From: Bacteroidota bacterium
GTDB taxonomy: Bacteria; Bacteroidota; Bacteroidia; NS11-12g; UBA9320
DNA length: 64,000 nucleotides
Reading direction: 5' to 3'
NCBI GenBank assembly: GCA_013359235.1
Contig: JABWCE010000004.1
Coordinates: 18,931-82,930, forward strand
Shown: positions 29,301 to 39,327 of the stretch, piece after piece
Position numbering within the stretch: position 1 is the first letter of the stretch
Layout: every line of letters begins with the position of its first letter
Program-made: the position numbers and the translations under genes
The notes under the pieces: model-generated
The model's input: only the letters and a program-made list of their open reading frames with translations
What the model was told of the DNA's origin: nothing
The model's database searches: none

Positions 29301-29762
29301 ATGATAGAAAAATATATTGAAACAATAGAATCGGCAATAGAATCTTTGGGCGTTAAAGCCTCAGAAATAAGAGGTGAAGAAAATGGGCAATGGCAAATTT
29401 TCAGAGGTCCAATTTGCCTTTTTATTGATGTTTGGACTCCCGTACACAACACAGATTGGAACTACACAGTAGAACAATCAAACAATACTACATTTCAGGT
29501 AATTGCACCAATTACAAAATTGCCCGAAAACGAAAAATTATTTTCGTTTTACGAAGAGTTGCTTCACATGAATATGCATATTTACAAAGCGAGTTTAATT
29601 ATAAATATCAATGACAGAGTACTTGCTGTAAAATTCAAGCAATTAGTTGATGGTCTTACAGAAAAAGAAGTTATTGATGCACTTGAATGTGTAGGCTATT
29701 ATGCCGAAATGCTCACTGAATATTTTGTAAAAAAATACAATGTGAAAAAAATTTCAGAATAA
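29301..29762 (+). CDS. YbjN/CesT-like (type III chaperone fold) protein
   Basis: 153-aa acidic protein; GQW...G...L.IDVW, F.V.API..LP, FYEELL.MN pattern. Confidence 0.65.
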   Translation: MIEKYIETIESAIESLGVKASEIRGEENGQWQIFRGPICLFIDVWTPVHNTDWNYTVEQSNNTTFQVIAPITKLPENEKLFSFYEELLHMNMHIYKASLIININDRVLAVKFKQLVDGLTEKEVIDALECVGYYAEMLTEYFVKKYNVKKISE

Positions 29763-29775
29763 TTTTAAAAACCCA

Positions 29776-29802
29776 GACAACCTCACCATAACAAAAAACA
29801 TC
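29776..29802 (+). promoter_or_regulatory. putative ECF autoregulatory promoter (GACAAC-N17-CATC)
   Basis: AAC -35 and CATC -10 with a 17-nt spacer, just upstream of the sigma gene. Confidence 0.45.
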
Positions 29803-29830
29803 ATAGTTGGGTGACATAATAAAAAATAAT

Positions 29831-30370
29831 ATGCAGCACTCCGAAAAAAGTAACAAAATACTAATTGAGGGTTGCCTTGCAAAAAATCAAAAGTCACAAA
29901 AAGCGTTATTTGACACATTTGCTCCAACAATGTATGCAATATGTCTTAGGTATTCGGGTAATGCCGACCAAGCCAAAGACCTTTTGCAAGATGGGTTTAT
30001 TAAAGTTTTTACAAAACTTTCGGAATTCAAATTTGAAGGTTCTTTTGAAGGCTGGATGAAAAAAATTTTTATCAACCTCGCTCTCGAATACCTTAGAAAA
30101 GAAAGCAGACAGCCCGATATGATTAATGTTGAAGAAAAAAATGATATTCATTCATCAACATTCAATTTACAAAATATTGATTCTAAAAAAATAATTGAAT
30201 TAATACAAAAGCTGCCTGCCGGATACCGAACAGCAATAAATTTATTTATCATAGAAGGATACAGCCATAAAGAAATTGCCCAAATGCTCGGAATTACAGA
30301 AAGTACTTCAAAATCTCAGCTTTTCAAGGCAAGGCAAATGTTGCAAAAAATGCTAAAAGATAAATTTTAA
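29831..30370 (+). CDS. ECF RNA polymerase sigma factor
   Basis: ICLRY...A.D.LQDGF.KVF, GSFEGW; LPAGYR...NLF.IEGYSHKEIA..LGI.ESTSKSQL. Start at ATG 29831 or GTG 29807. Confidence 0.93.
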   Translation: MQHSEKSNKILIEGCLAKNQKSQKALFDTFAPTMYAICLRYSGNADQAKDLLQDGFIKVFTKLSEFKFEGSFEGWMKKIFINLALEYLRKESRQPDMINVEEKNDIHSSTFNLQNIDSKKIIELIQKLPAGYRTAINLFIIEGYSHKEIAQMLGITESTSKSQLFKARQMLQKMLKDKF

Positions 30371-30378
30371 AAAATAAA

Positions 30379-31263
30379 GTGAAAAAAAACCAAAATATAG
30401 AACAATTCGACTTGCAACTCAAGCAATCACTCGAGAATGTTCAAGTTCCGGTGCCTTCTGGTGTTTGGCAATCGGTTGGTTCGGCTATAGGCACAAATGC
30501 CACTGTAGCTGCAAAAATTTCTTTAGTAAAAATACTTTCACTAAAATATATTGCAACAGCCATTATTTCGGGAGCTATAGCATGGGGTGTTTACGAAAAA
30601 CTAAATAATGAAGAAGAAATAAAGTCATTAACTACCCCAGAAATTAAAAAAGAGGTTACGACAACTAATAACGAACAAATTGAAATTAACAATACAGCAA
30701 ATAGCTCCGAAACTAAAACTAATACAAACTCAAGTAATACAATTTCAAACGATATAAAACAAGTGAATGATACTTTAAAAGAAATTGCTGTGAAACATGA
30801 AGTTTATAAAACCGATACTTCAAAACAATTTCCTGAAAAAAACAAAATAATTATCAAAAAAGAAATCATCAACACAACTACACAAGAAACTGAAAAGAAA
30901 TATTCAAATCCCGAAAAAGAACTCGAAAAAAATAATGAAAATGAGGAAAAAGGTGATGTAGCAATTCAAAAAAACTACTCTTCAGAAAACATTATAATAC
31001 CCAATGCCTTTACGCCCTACGAAATTGACGGATTTAATGATTGCTACAGAATATTGATAGAAAACGAAACAAGTTTTGTTTTACAGATTTTTGACAGCAA
31101 CCGTAAAATAGTTTTTGAAACTACAGATAAAAACAAATGTTGGGACGGGAAAAATATGAATACCGGCGAATTGTGCCCCAAAGGTGCGTATTCATTCAGG
31201 TTGAATTACCAATTGAATACAGGTTATAAAAAAACCGAGAGAGGGTTAATAAATTTATTTTAA
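30379..31263 (+). CDS. anti-sigma-like membrane protein with C-terminal T9SS type B (gliding-motility-associated) CTD
   Basis: N-terminal FD..LK..LEN....P...VW..V, TM helix, T/N/E/K-rich linker, then IPNAFTP..DG.ND...IFD.....VF......WDG...G.Y...G.I.L. Confidence 0.8.
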   Translation: MKKNQNIEQFDLQLKQSLENVQVPVPSGVWQSVGSAIGTNATVAAKISLVKILSLKYIATAIISGAIAWGVYEKLNNEEEIKSLTTPEIKKEVTTTNNEQIEINNTANSSETKTNTNSSNTISNDIKQVNDTLKEIAVKHEVYKTDTSKQFPEKNKIIIKKEIINTTTQETEKKYSNPEKELEKNNENEEKGDVAIQKNYSSENIIIPNAFTPYEIDGFNDCYRILIENETSFVLQIFDSNRKIVFETTDKNKCWDGKNMNTGELCPKGAYSFRLNYQLNTGYKKTERGLINLF

Positions 31264-31347
31264 AACAAATATTGAAAGTTAAAATATAAAATAGTAAAAT
31301 AGCGGACTAATTTAAAAAAGTCCTTTTTTAAATAAAAAAATAAGATT

Positions 31348-34300
31348 ATGAGACACAAATTTACATTCTCAACATTGACCAAAGCATTATTGGTAGTGCT
31401 TTTGGCTTTAATTTCAAAAGTTGGTTTTTCGCAAGGTTGCGACCCCAAATGGGACAGAATTAAAAGTTCTAATTGCGAAAATTCACCAATTCAGTTTTAT
31501 TCTAACGCACCCGGGCTTACCTCTTATGAGTGGGATTTTGGCGATGGATTTAAAACTGGCGTAGGTACAACATCAGCATTTCGCGACCCCGTACACTCTT
31601 ACACCTCAGCAGGGCTGTACACTGTAACTTTTAAAGGTACAGGTCCGGGCGGCACATCGTGTACCGATACCGTAATGATAATGATAAAGGAAAGCCCTAA
31701 GGTGAAAACCAAAGCTCTCACTCCTTTAGCACAATGCTTTTTGGGAAACAAATTTTGTTTTGTCGATAGCTCAAAAGCATCAAAAGGCAGTAAATTGCTT
31801 TCGATAAAATATCTATTTAGCGATGGTGCGTTGTACACATTAAACGACCCTAAAGGTGGTGATACAATTTGTCATTCAGTAATTGATCCAAACGGAGGTT
31901 ATTTTGATTTGACTATCGAAGCAGAAGATTACAACGGCTGTATCACAAAAACATTTTATGCAAAACTTATAAGAGTTTATCCTAAATTAGGAGTGAAATT
32001 TACCTCCGTAGGTCCGCATAAATGTAATAAAACAACTGCAACCATTACAAACCTTACTGATACATTTACAAAACTTAAAGACATTGCATTTTTCAAATGG
32101 GATTTTGGAGATCCGGGTGGAAACAGCAATATTATAATTGGCGACTCAGTTACCAATACTCAATTTTGGAGAGGACCCACAGGCAATGGAGTTTTTACAC
32201 ATGAATACGATGCAACAGGTAAAAAAAGCGGAACTTATGTTTATAATGGTTCATTAACCGTTACTACAAAATACGGCTGTACTGAAATGTTTAAATTCAG
32301 CGCTGCTGCAACTATATCTACCTTAAAACCAAAAATAATAATAGATCCTGATTCTTCGTGTGTAAGCGAATCTGAAGTTAAATTTAGCCTTGAAGACGGT
32401 CCAATAGCCAATGCTAAATTTTTATGGAATTTTGGAGATCCTCCAAGTGGGGCTCTTAATACAAATGATAAAGAGTGGACACCTTCGCATAGCTATGGTC
32501 TTGGTCCATGGATGGCATCTATAAGAATAATTGTTGGTCCATGTGATGTAACTACTACAACCAGTACATCAAACCCCATATTAAAAATAGGTCCAGCATC
32601 TACTATTGAAGTTCCATTTAACAGGGTACCAGAAGATGAAAAATATCAATGTGTGATAAGAGATTCGGTTCATTTTCCTAATAACTCAAAGTTTTACCAC
32701 AATGACCCATATCCTGTATTTGAAGATAGTTCTATGGTTAACAGATATTTCAAACTTGAGAGTGGTAGAAAAGTAGGCTATTATGAGCTACCGATAACAC
32801 TTGACACAATACAACCTTATGGCACTTACAAAGCAAAACAAGGAATAACTACAAGAATTTACCTTGAAAAAGATACTTTAGAAACTTTAACTCAAACACT
32901 ACATGCACCAGATAGTATTTATTTTTATGTTAATGGTAAAAAAGTTAAAAAACCTGTAAACAACCCTGTAATTTCGGGGAAAGACACAGTTTGGATTACA
33001 AAAGTGAAAGATTATGTATTTAAATGGCCAGGTGACCAAACCGCAATAAACTCTAAATTTCCACCTGCTACACAAAGGCATAAAGACCACGCAATAAGAT
33101 TATGGTCATTTGGCGATAATTATGCTCCTCGTTGTACCACAGATACTAAGAAAAATAAAAACGTAGGTTTAAATTGTAACTTTACTATGGACTCGTTGCC
33201 GGTACACTGGTACACACCATGGGATGAAATTTATAAATATTACAATAACTCTCAGTTTTATTCTACACCTGCACAAAAAACGGTATTGTGCAAAAATGGA
33301 AGATTCTGCTATAAAATAAGTTTTTATCCTAAAGATACATTAAATGTACCTGATGATACTCTTATAATTGTTCCAAAAGACTCAACATATATTTTTGCAG
33401 GAGATACTATAAAACCTAGTACAAAAGAAATAATGACAGGTTTTTACCGTATAAAGAAAGTACCATCAAAATTAAAAGGGCTTGCTACTTATACAGCTAC
33501 ACTTAGCGAAGAGAAATGGACATTCTTTACAACAAAATCTATACTTGTAAAAAATATTACAACAGGTACTAAATCGTTGTTTACATCAGGAACAAAAACT
33601 CTTAAAAAAGGAGACCAATTTGAGCTTAAACCCGGTGATTCTGCCATTTCAATTTCACAATATGTAATTACAAAAGGCAAAAAAGTGGTAGCACAAAAAA
33701 GTACAGTTTATCTTGATACCATAATTGGTGGCAGAGATACATTTATTCAGACTTCAAGGGTATATATCGATTCAGCTTTCCATCGTGAAAATTTCTACCT
33801 TAAAAATGCCCAATGTAATTCTGTAACATTATATCATGAAGATACTGTACATACGTTGCGTTGTAAGAGCACATCTAATGTTTCGTTAGCATTGTTACCT
33901 CCCAACGGCAAAGGTTTGAAATTTAAAGGTATTAAATGTTATGCTCCTCCAAGCCCACCTTATGGTATGGAGTTTGACGTAGGAGAAACAAAACCAGGTT
34001 GCACACAAAGATTATTAAAATTCAATTTTGACTCTGCAGGAGGAAAAAATAATTGGGTAACTCACGGTGGATTTTTGCCTCCTCCACTACCAGGTATGCC
34101 TCCTTGGCACATGGGATATCAATTGTCAGGAGCCTATCCTACAAAATTTGTAAAAGCATATACTGCAGGTAGCTTAACTAATAAAAACCCGGGATGGGTA
34201 ACAGTAGGGGTAATAATAGGAAATGGTCGTTGGCTTGATAAAAATGCACCACTTGACAGTATTGAATGTATTGATACAACTTGGTACCACAATGCATTCC

Positions 34301-36861
34301 GTTATCTGTATTTAGATTCAAGATTTACAGTAATTCAGCCCGAAAAAGACCAAAAGAGAGTATGCGTAGGCGATACTATTACATTTATGCTAACCGACCC
34401 GATTATGGATAGTGTTACCCAACTTGTATGGAACTGGAACGATAAAATAGGAACTTACTACGAAGAAAGATTTTACTATTACAAGCCGTATAAAGGTCCA
34501 AGCCCTACCAGAAATGACAAGGATATAAAATGGAATAAAACCGATAAGTGGCTTTATAATTATGTAATAAGAATTAATTATGACGGAGTAAAAGATAATG
34601 TAATAGATACTTTAGTTACAGGTATAATAAGAAAATGGTCAGTTGGCTTGAATATGGAAAGAGCCGGAGAGGCACTTAAAAAAGCATTTGAAGCATTAGG
34701 ACTTAACATGAGTGAAATACCGGCAACAGAAATACCATATTATTTTGGAAATGGAACAGGTTTTGGTTGTATAGACACTACCGGGCTTGGTGATATGATA
34801 TCATTAGGTATTGCCCCATATAGAGATGAACTTACATTTAGAAGAGGTACAACATGGTACAGATATACCGATTACACTAAAAAAGATTCTACAATCATAT
34901 CTCAAAAACTACATTTCCGCGATAGCTCAATGATTGGTTTTGATACCTTAAAACAAGCAAATCCAAACAAATATTCTAATTTAAAAGTTACTCCCGGCGT
35001 ATATCGCCATGTTTACCACAGTCCTAATAGATATTTCCCATCTTTAACACTAAGAAATACCGAAGGATGTATTCAACCTAGAAATAAAGAAGTAGATGTA
35101 GGATTTGATTGGATTTGGACTTTTTCTGATTCAATAATTTGTCATGGAAATACCGAAATAGAACTTAAAGAGCAAATCAGATATTATGCGTATGAAGATC
35201 CATTTATATGGTTAGATCCAAGAGCATGGTGGGAAGAATCAAAAAGATTTATCACACAACGCGAAACTAAAAAAATAGATTTCAACGAGCATGACGATTC
35301 AATAGGTGCAAACAAATTTAATGTTACAGGTATTGGAGTTCCTCCATTCAGGTGGCATTATGACGACCCAGGTATTTATACTATACGTATTGCCATGAAA
35401 GACAGTACAGGATGTGTAGATACAGCAAGGCAAAAAGTATGGGTTACTGGCGTAAAAGCCGGGTTTAAGATACTTAATCCAACATTAGGTTGCAAAAATA
35501 TAGTTTCATTCCAGGATTCATCAATAATGATAGACCCATGCATTGCCGACCAAGGTAAACCATGCGACAATATAGTAGAATACACATGGGATTTTGGTGA
35601 TGGAAAACAAAAGAGCAAATTAAAAAATCCATCACACGACTATACACAAAACGGATGGTTTACTATCAGACTAAAAGTTAAAACAAAACTCGGCTGCGAA
35701 GACAGTACCAGCTTAAAACTGTTTATTGCAGGTCCTCAGCCTTTGTTTAACCCTGTAAGCGATACAGTAGTGTGTGTGGGCGATACAATTATGTTTAACA
35801 ACTTGAGTCTTGACCCAATTTATAATCCCGTTTGGGAATGGAATTTTGGCGATGGCAAAGTATTATCAGATACCGCCAGAAGAACAGTTGGTCATCGTTA
35901 CACAAAAGAAGGCATCTACGAAGTTTATTTAACACAGCATGATTATATTAAAGGAACTTCTATACGTTGTTCTGCAATATATCCTGACACCAGCTCTGAT
36001 TTAGTAACAAAACTAAAGAGAATTGTAAGAGTTAAACCCAAAGCACCTGCTGACTTTAGCATTGCACCACGTGATACAATTTGCATAAATTCAGTTGCTT
36101 CATATACAAATTCAAATACAGATACAATTTATACAAGATTTATATGGAGATTTGGTGATGGCGATACTGTAAGCACAACATCTACAAGTGCCAGTCATAC
36201 ATACAATAAAGTTGGAACGTTCAATGTTACCTTAATTCCAGACTACGATTTACCTGTTGGAGAATTTAGAAAATGCCTTGATACAACAAAGAAAGTAATA
36301 AATGTTGTAGATGTAAAAGCAGATTTTGATATTGATTCGTCAAAAGCCCCTCAATTCTGTTTCTCAAACAAATCAATAGGAGCTACAACATACGAATGGA
36401 CTTTTGAAAACATACCAACTGATGGTTTTTCTTCAGACAAAGACCCATGCTATACATGGACAGATACAGGATGTTATAAAGTGAAACTTGTAGCTATAAA
36501 TGGAATTGGTTGCCGTGATTCTATTATTAAACCTTTGTGCTACAAATACGTTTCTAAATTTATTCCTTACAACGTATTTACACCGGAGCCAAAAGATGGA
36601 GTTAACGATGAGTTCAGAGTAAATGCAGTTGGTCTTGAAGAATTTGATATTGTTATTTACAATCGTTGGGGTGAGCTTGTGTTCGAAAGCAAAGACCAAA
36701 ATTTCAGATGGAATGGTAAAGTGAAAAATGATGGAGCCGAGTGTCCTGAAGGTACTTACTTTTATATTATAAATTATAAAGTTAAAAACCAGGGATTGAA
36801 TGGAGGCAAAGGCAAAGACCATCCAGTAAGTGGTACAGTTACACTTATAAGAGGAAAATAA
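31348..36861 (+). CDS. giant Cys-rich multi-PKD surface protein with T9SS type B CTD
   Basis: Signal peptide, repeated W(D/N)FGDG...H.Y...G.Y.V.L PKD motifs, CTD YNVFTP..DGVND.F..IYNRWGE.VF..WNG..GTYFY..GTVTLIR. Confidence 0.9.
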   Translation: MRHKFTFSTLTKALLVVLLALISKVGFSQGCDPKWDRIKSSNCENSPIQFYSNAPGLTSYEWDFGDGFKTGVGTTSAFRDPVHSYTSAGLYTVTFKGTGPGGTSCTDTVMIMIKESPKVKTKALTPLAQCFLGNKFCFVDSSKASKGSKLLSIKYLFSDGALYTLNDPKGGDTICHSVIDPNGGYFDLTIEAEDYNGCITKTFYAKLIRVYPKLGVKFTSVGPHKCNKTTATITNLTDTFTKLKDIAFFKWDFGDPGGNSNIIIGDSVTNTQFWRGPTGNGVFTHEYDATGKKSGTYVYNGSLTVTTKYGCTEMFKFSAAATISTLKPKIIIDPDSSCVSESEVKFSLEDGPIANAKFLWNFGDPPSGALNTNDKEWTPSHSYGLGPWMASIRIIVGPCDVTTTTSTSNPILKIGPASTIEVPFNRVPEDEKYQCVIRDSVHFPNNSKFYHNDPYPVFEDSSMVNRYFKLESGRKVGYYELPITLDTIQPYGTYKAKQGITTRIYLEKDTLETLTQTLHAPDSIYFYVNGKKVKKPVNNPVISGKDTVWITKVKDYVFKWPGDQTAINSKFPPATQRHKDHAIRLWSFGDNYAPRCTTDTKKNKNVGLNCNFTMDSLPVHWYTPWDEIYKYYNNSQFYSTPAQKTVLCKNGRFCYKISFYPKDTLNVPDDTLIIVPKDSTYIFAGDTIKPSTKEIMTGFYRIKKVPSKLKGLATYTATLSEEKWTFFTTKSILVKNITTGTKSLFTSGTKTLKKGDQFELKPGDSAISISQYVITKGKKVVAQKSTVYLDTIIGGRDTFIQTSRVYIDSAFHRENFYLKNAQCNSVTLYHEDTVHTLRCKSTSNVSLALLPPNGKGLKFKGIKCYAPPSPPYGMEFDVGETKPGCTQRLLKFNFDSAGGKNNWVTHGGFLPPPLPGMPPWHMGYQLSGAYPTKFVKAYTAGSLTNKNPGWVTVGVIIGNGRWLDKNAPLDSIECIDTTWYHNAFRYLYLDSRFTVIQPEKDQKRVCVGDTITFMLTDPIMDSVTQLVWNWNDKIGTYYEERFYYYKPYKGPSPTRNDKDIKWNKTDKWLYNYVIRINYDGVKDNVIDTLVTGIIRKWSVGLNMERAGEALKKAFEALGLNMSEIPATEIPYYFGNGTGFGCIDTTGLGDMISLGIAPYRDELTFRRGTTWYRYTDYTKKDSTIISQKLHFRDSSMIGFDTLKQANPNKYSNLKVTPGVYRHVYHSPNRYFPSLTLRNTEGCIQPRNKEVDVGFDWIWTFSDSIICHGNTEIELKEQIRYYAYEDPFIWLDPRAWWEESKRFITQRETKKIDFNEHDDSIGANKFNVTGIGVPPFRWHYDDPGIYTIRIAMKDSTGCVDTARQKVWVTGVKAGFKILNPTLGCKNIVSFQDSSIMIDPCIADQGKPCDNIVEYTWDFGDGKQKSKLKNPSHDYTQNGWFTIRLKVKTKLGCEDSTSLKLFIAGPQPLFNPVSDTVVCVGDTIMFNNLSLDPIYNPVWEWNFGDGKVLSDTARRTVGHRYTKEGIYEVYLTQHDYIKGTSIRCSAIYPDTSSDLVTKLKRIVRVKPKAPADFSIAPRDTICINSVASYTNSNTDTIYTRFIWRFGDGDTVSTTSTSASHTYNKVGTFNVTLIPDYDLPVGEFRKCLDTTKKVINVVDVKADFDIDSSKAPQFCFSNKSIGATTYEWTFENIPTDGFSSDKDPCYTWTDTGCYKVKLVAINGIGCRDSIIKPLCYKYVSKFIPYNVFTPEPKDGVNDEFRVNAVGLEEFDIVIYNRWGELVFESKDQNFRWNGKVKNDGAECPEGTYFYIINYKVKNQGLNGGKGKDHPVSGTVTLIRGK

Positions 36862-36880
36862 TAATATATCATTGCAAAGC

Positions 36881-36915
36881 AAAAAGCCCGGGAATTAATA
36901 ACTTCCGGGCTTTTT
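36881..36915 (+). terminator. intrinsic terminator
   Basis: AAAAAGCCCGGGA-loop-TTCCGGGCTTTTT directly after the PKD gene. Confidence 0.8.
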
Positions 36916-36977
36916 CTATTTTTATTAAAAAGGAAAATTGAAATATTTTTATCTTTATCTTAACTTTGAAACTTAAT

Positions 36978-37973
36978 ATGAAAGCAATTATACCTGTAGC
37001 GGGAATTGGGAGCAGACTAAGGCCACATACACATACACAGCCAAAATCACTTATACCTGTAGCCGGTAAACCAATTTTAGCTCATATAGTTGATAGCCTT
37101 ATTAAAGAACAAATAGATGAATTTGTATTTATTATAGGGTACCTTGGCGATAAAATTGAAAAATATATTAAAACCACTTATCCGCAGGTTACTTCACATT
37201 TTGTAGTACAGGCAGATGGTAAAGGAACCGGTCATGCTTTATGGCTTGCACAAGAACTGTTTAATGATGGCAAACCAATAATAATTGTATTTGGAGATAC
37301 AATAGTACAGGCAGATTTGAAAAAAATACTTAACTCCGAAAAAACTCTTCTTGGGGTAAAACGTGTAAATGACCCACGCTATTTCGGAGTAGCAGAAATT
37401 GATGACGATGGATTAATAACACGGCTTATAGAAAAACCAAATATTCCCAAATCAAATCAGGCACTTGTAGGTATTTATAAAATATGCGAAACAAAACAAC
37501 TTGTAGATGCCCTCAACTACAATATTGAACATGAAGTGATTTCGAGAGGTGAATATCAACTAACCGATGCTCTTATGCGAATGATTGAAAATGGTGTGAA
37601 AATGTACTCTTATAATGTTGAAGCATGGTTTGATTGTGGCAAAAAAGATATTTTACTCAAAACAAATGCTATATTACTTAAAAGCAACAATTATAAAAAA
37701 GCTAATATTAACGATTATTCAAATTCAATAATAATCGAACCTGTATTTATTGGAAAAAACTCTCAAATTTCTAACTCAATTATAGGACCTAATGTATCAA
37801 TTGGCGATGATGTTATATTAAACTATTCAATTATTAAAAATTCTATAATTGGTCCATATTCGCATCTCGAAAATGCAAACCTCGATAATAGCATTATAGG
37901 CAACGATGCCAGCTTGCGTGGGCTTTCTCTTACACTAAACCTCGGCGATAGTACCGAAATTAATTTCGGATGA
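36978..37973 (+). CDS. sugar-phosphate nucleotidyltransferase (glucose-1-P thymidylyltransferase long-form type)
   Basis: PVAG.GSRLRPHT...PK, GDT, EKP, GEYQLTD, W.DCG, C-terminal LbH; ATG at 36978. Confidence 0.88.
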   Translation: MKAIIPVAGIGSRLRPHTHTQPKSLIPVAGKPILAHIVDSLIKEQIDEFVFIIGYLGDKIEKYIKTTYPQVTSHFVVQADGKGTGHALWLAQELFNDGKPIIIVFGDTIVQADLKKILNSEKTLLGVKRVNDPRYFGVAEIDDDGLITRLIEKPNIPKSNQALVGIYKICETKQLVDALNYNIEHEVISRGEYQLTDALMRMIENGVKMYSYNVEAWFDCGKKDILLKTNAILLKSNNYKKANINDYSNSIIIEPVFIGKNSQISNSIIGPNVSIGDDVILNYSIIKNSIIGPYSHLENANLDNSIIGNDASLRGLSLTLNLGDSTEINFG

Positions 37974-38482
37974 TTTTGATAAATAAATATAGAAGGTTGA
38001 AAGATTTAAAAGCATTTATTACAGTTATTGGTATCATTCTTTTTCATTCGCAAGTTGATGCTCAAATTATACAACCTTGCATAGATTCGATGAGAATAAA
38101 TAAATACTTTCAGTGCTATGCCCCATTTATGCCTGTTTGCGGATGCAATAATGTTACTTACAGAAACGATTGCGAATCGTACAATGTTTATGGTGTAAAC
38201 ATAATAAATAGCGTAGGAGTTTGCAAAAATGATATGTTTTATCTTGATTTTTATCCAAATCCATGCACAGAAAACCTTAACATTTCAGTTGAATTTTATG
38301 AACAAGGAAACCTGTCAGTTCAGATTTTTGACACTTACGGAAAACTAATGTTTTATTCACATCGTGGCATGACCAAGCGATACGATGACCTGATAAGTGT
38401 AGGTGGTTTCAAAGCCGGTTTATATGTCATAATTGTAATCAGCGGTGATGTAATGAAAGCAAAAAAACTAATGGTAAAATGA
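37970..38482 (+). CDS. Kazal-like domain protein with T9SS type A CTD
   Basis: C....PVCGC..VTY.N.C...G.C Kazal pattern; YPNP...IFD.YGK...GLY..KK CTD. Confidence 0.8.
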   Translation: MILINKYRRLKDLKAFITVIGIILFHSQVDAQIIQPCIDSMRINKYFQCYAPFMPVCGCNNVTYRNDCESYNVYGVNIINSVGVCKNDMFYLDFYPNPCTENLNISVEFYEQGNLSVQIFDTYGKLMFYSHRGMTKRYDDLISVGGFKAGLYVIIVISGDVMKAKKLMVK

Positions 38483-39321
38483 GATTAAAAGTAATAAATA
38501 CCGGAAATTTTAAGCTTGATGGTGGTGCAATGTTTGGAGTATTGCCAAAGGTTATATGGAACAAATTAAATCCTGCTGACCAAAACAATCTTTGTAACTG
38601 GGCAATGAGATGCTTATTGATTGAAGATGGCAACCGTCTTTTGCTTGTAGATACAGGAATAGGAAATAAACAAAGCGAAAAATTTTTCAGCTATTATTAC
38701 CTTAATGGTGATGATAGTTTAAGAAAATCTTTAAACAAATGTGGAATTGATTTTAATGATATTACAGATGTAATTTTAACTCATCTGCACTTTGACCATT
38801 GTGGCGGAGCTGTAAATTACAATATTGAGAAAAACATATTTTATCCTGCATTTTCTAAAGCAAAATACTGGATACATCAAAACCATTGGAAACATGCACA
38901 AAATTCAAATGCACGGGAGAAAGCTTCGTTTCTAAATGAAAATTTTTTACCAATAGAACAGAACGGACAGCTTGAATTTTTGACTGATGATATGAATATT
39001 ACCGAAAACATATCTTTTTTTACGGTAGATGGACATACCGAAAAAATGATTTGCCCAATAATTAACAAAGGCAATAAAAAGTTAGTTTATATGGCAGATT
39101 TAATACCATCGGCAGCACATATCCCAATAAACAGAGTAATGGCTTATGATATCCGACCACTTGAAACGATGGCAGAAAAAGAAAAATTTTTATCAAAAGC
39201 AGCCGAAGACAATTACATTTTGTTTTTTGAACACGATATTTTGACTGAATGTGCTACAATTCAAAAAACAGAGAAAGGTTTTAAAGAAACAGCCGTTGGC
39301 AAACTTTCTGATTTTATTTAA
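38479..39321 (+). CDS. MBL-fold metallo-hydrolase (YtnP-like)
   Basis: LDGGAMFGV.PK, THLHFDHCGG, GHT, F.HD motifs. Confidence 0.9.
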   Translation: MRLKVINTGNFKLDGGAMFGVLPKVIWNKLNPADQNNLCNWAMRCLLIEDGNRLLLVDTGIGNKQSEKFFSYYYLNGDDSLRKSLNKCGIDFNDITDVILTHLHFDHCGGAVNYNIEKNIFYPAFSKAKYWIHQNHWKHAQNSNAREKASFLNENFLPIEQNGQLEFLTDDMNITENISFFTVDGHTEKMICPIINKGNKKLVYMADLIPSAAHIPINRVMAYDIRPLETMAEKEKFLSKAAEDNYILFFEHDILTECATIQKTEKGFKETAVGKLSDFI

Positions 39322-39327
39322 GACTAT

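Noticed and set aside
31304-31329. GGACT...AGTCC-T6 hairpin before the PKD gene as a terminator
   Set aside because: Only a 5-bp core stem with a 10-nt AT loop; too weak to call.
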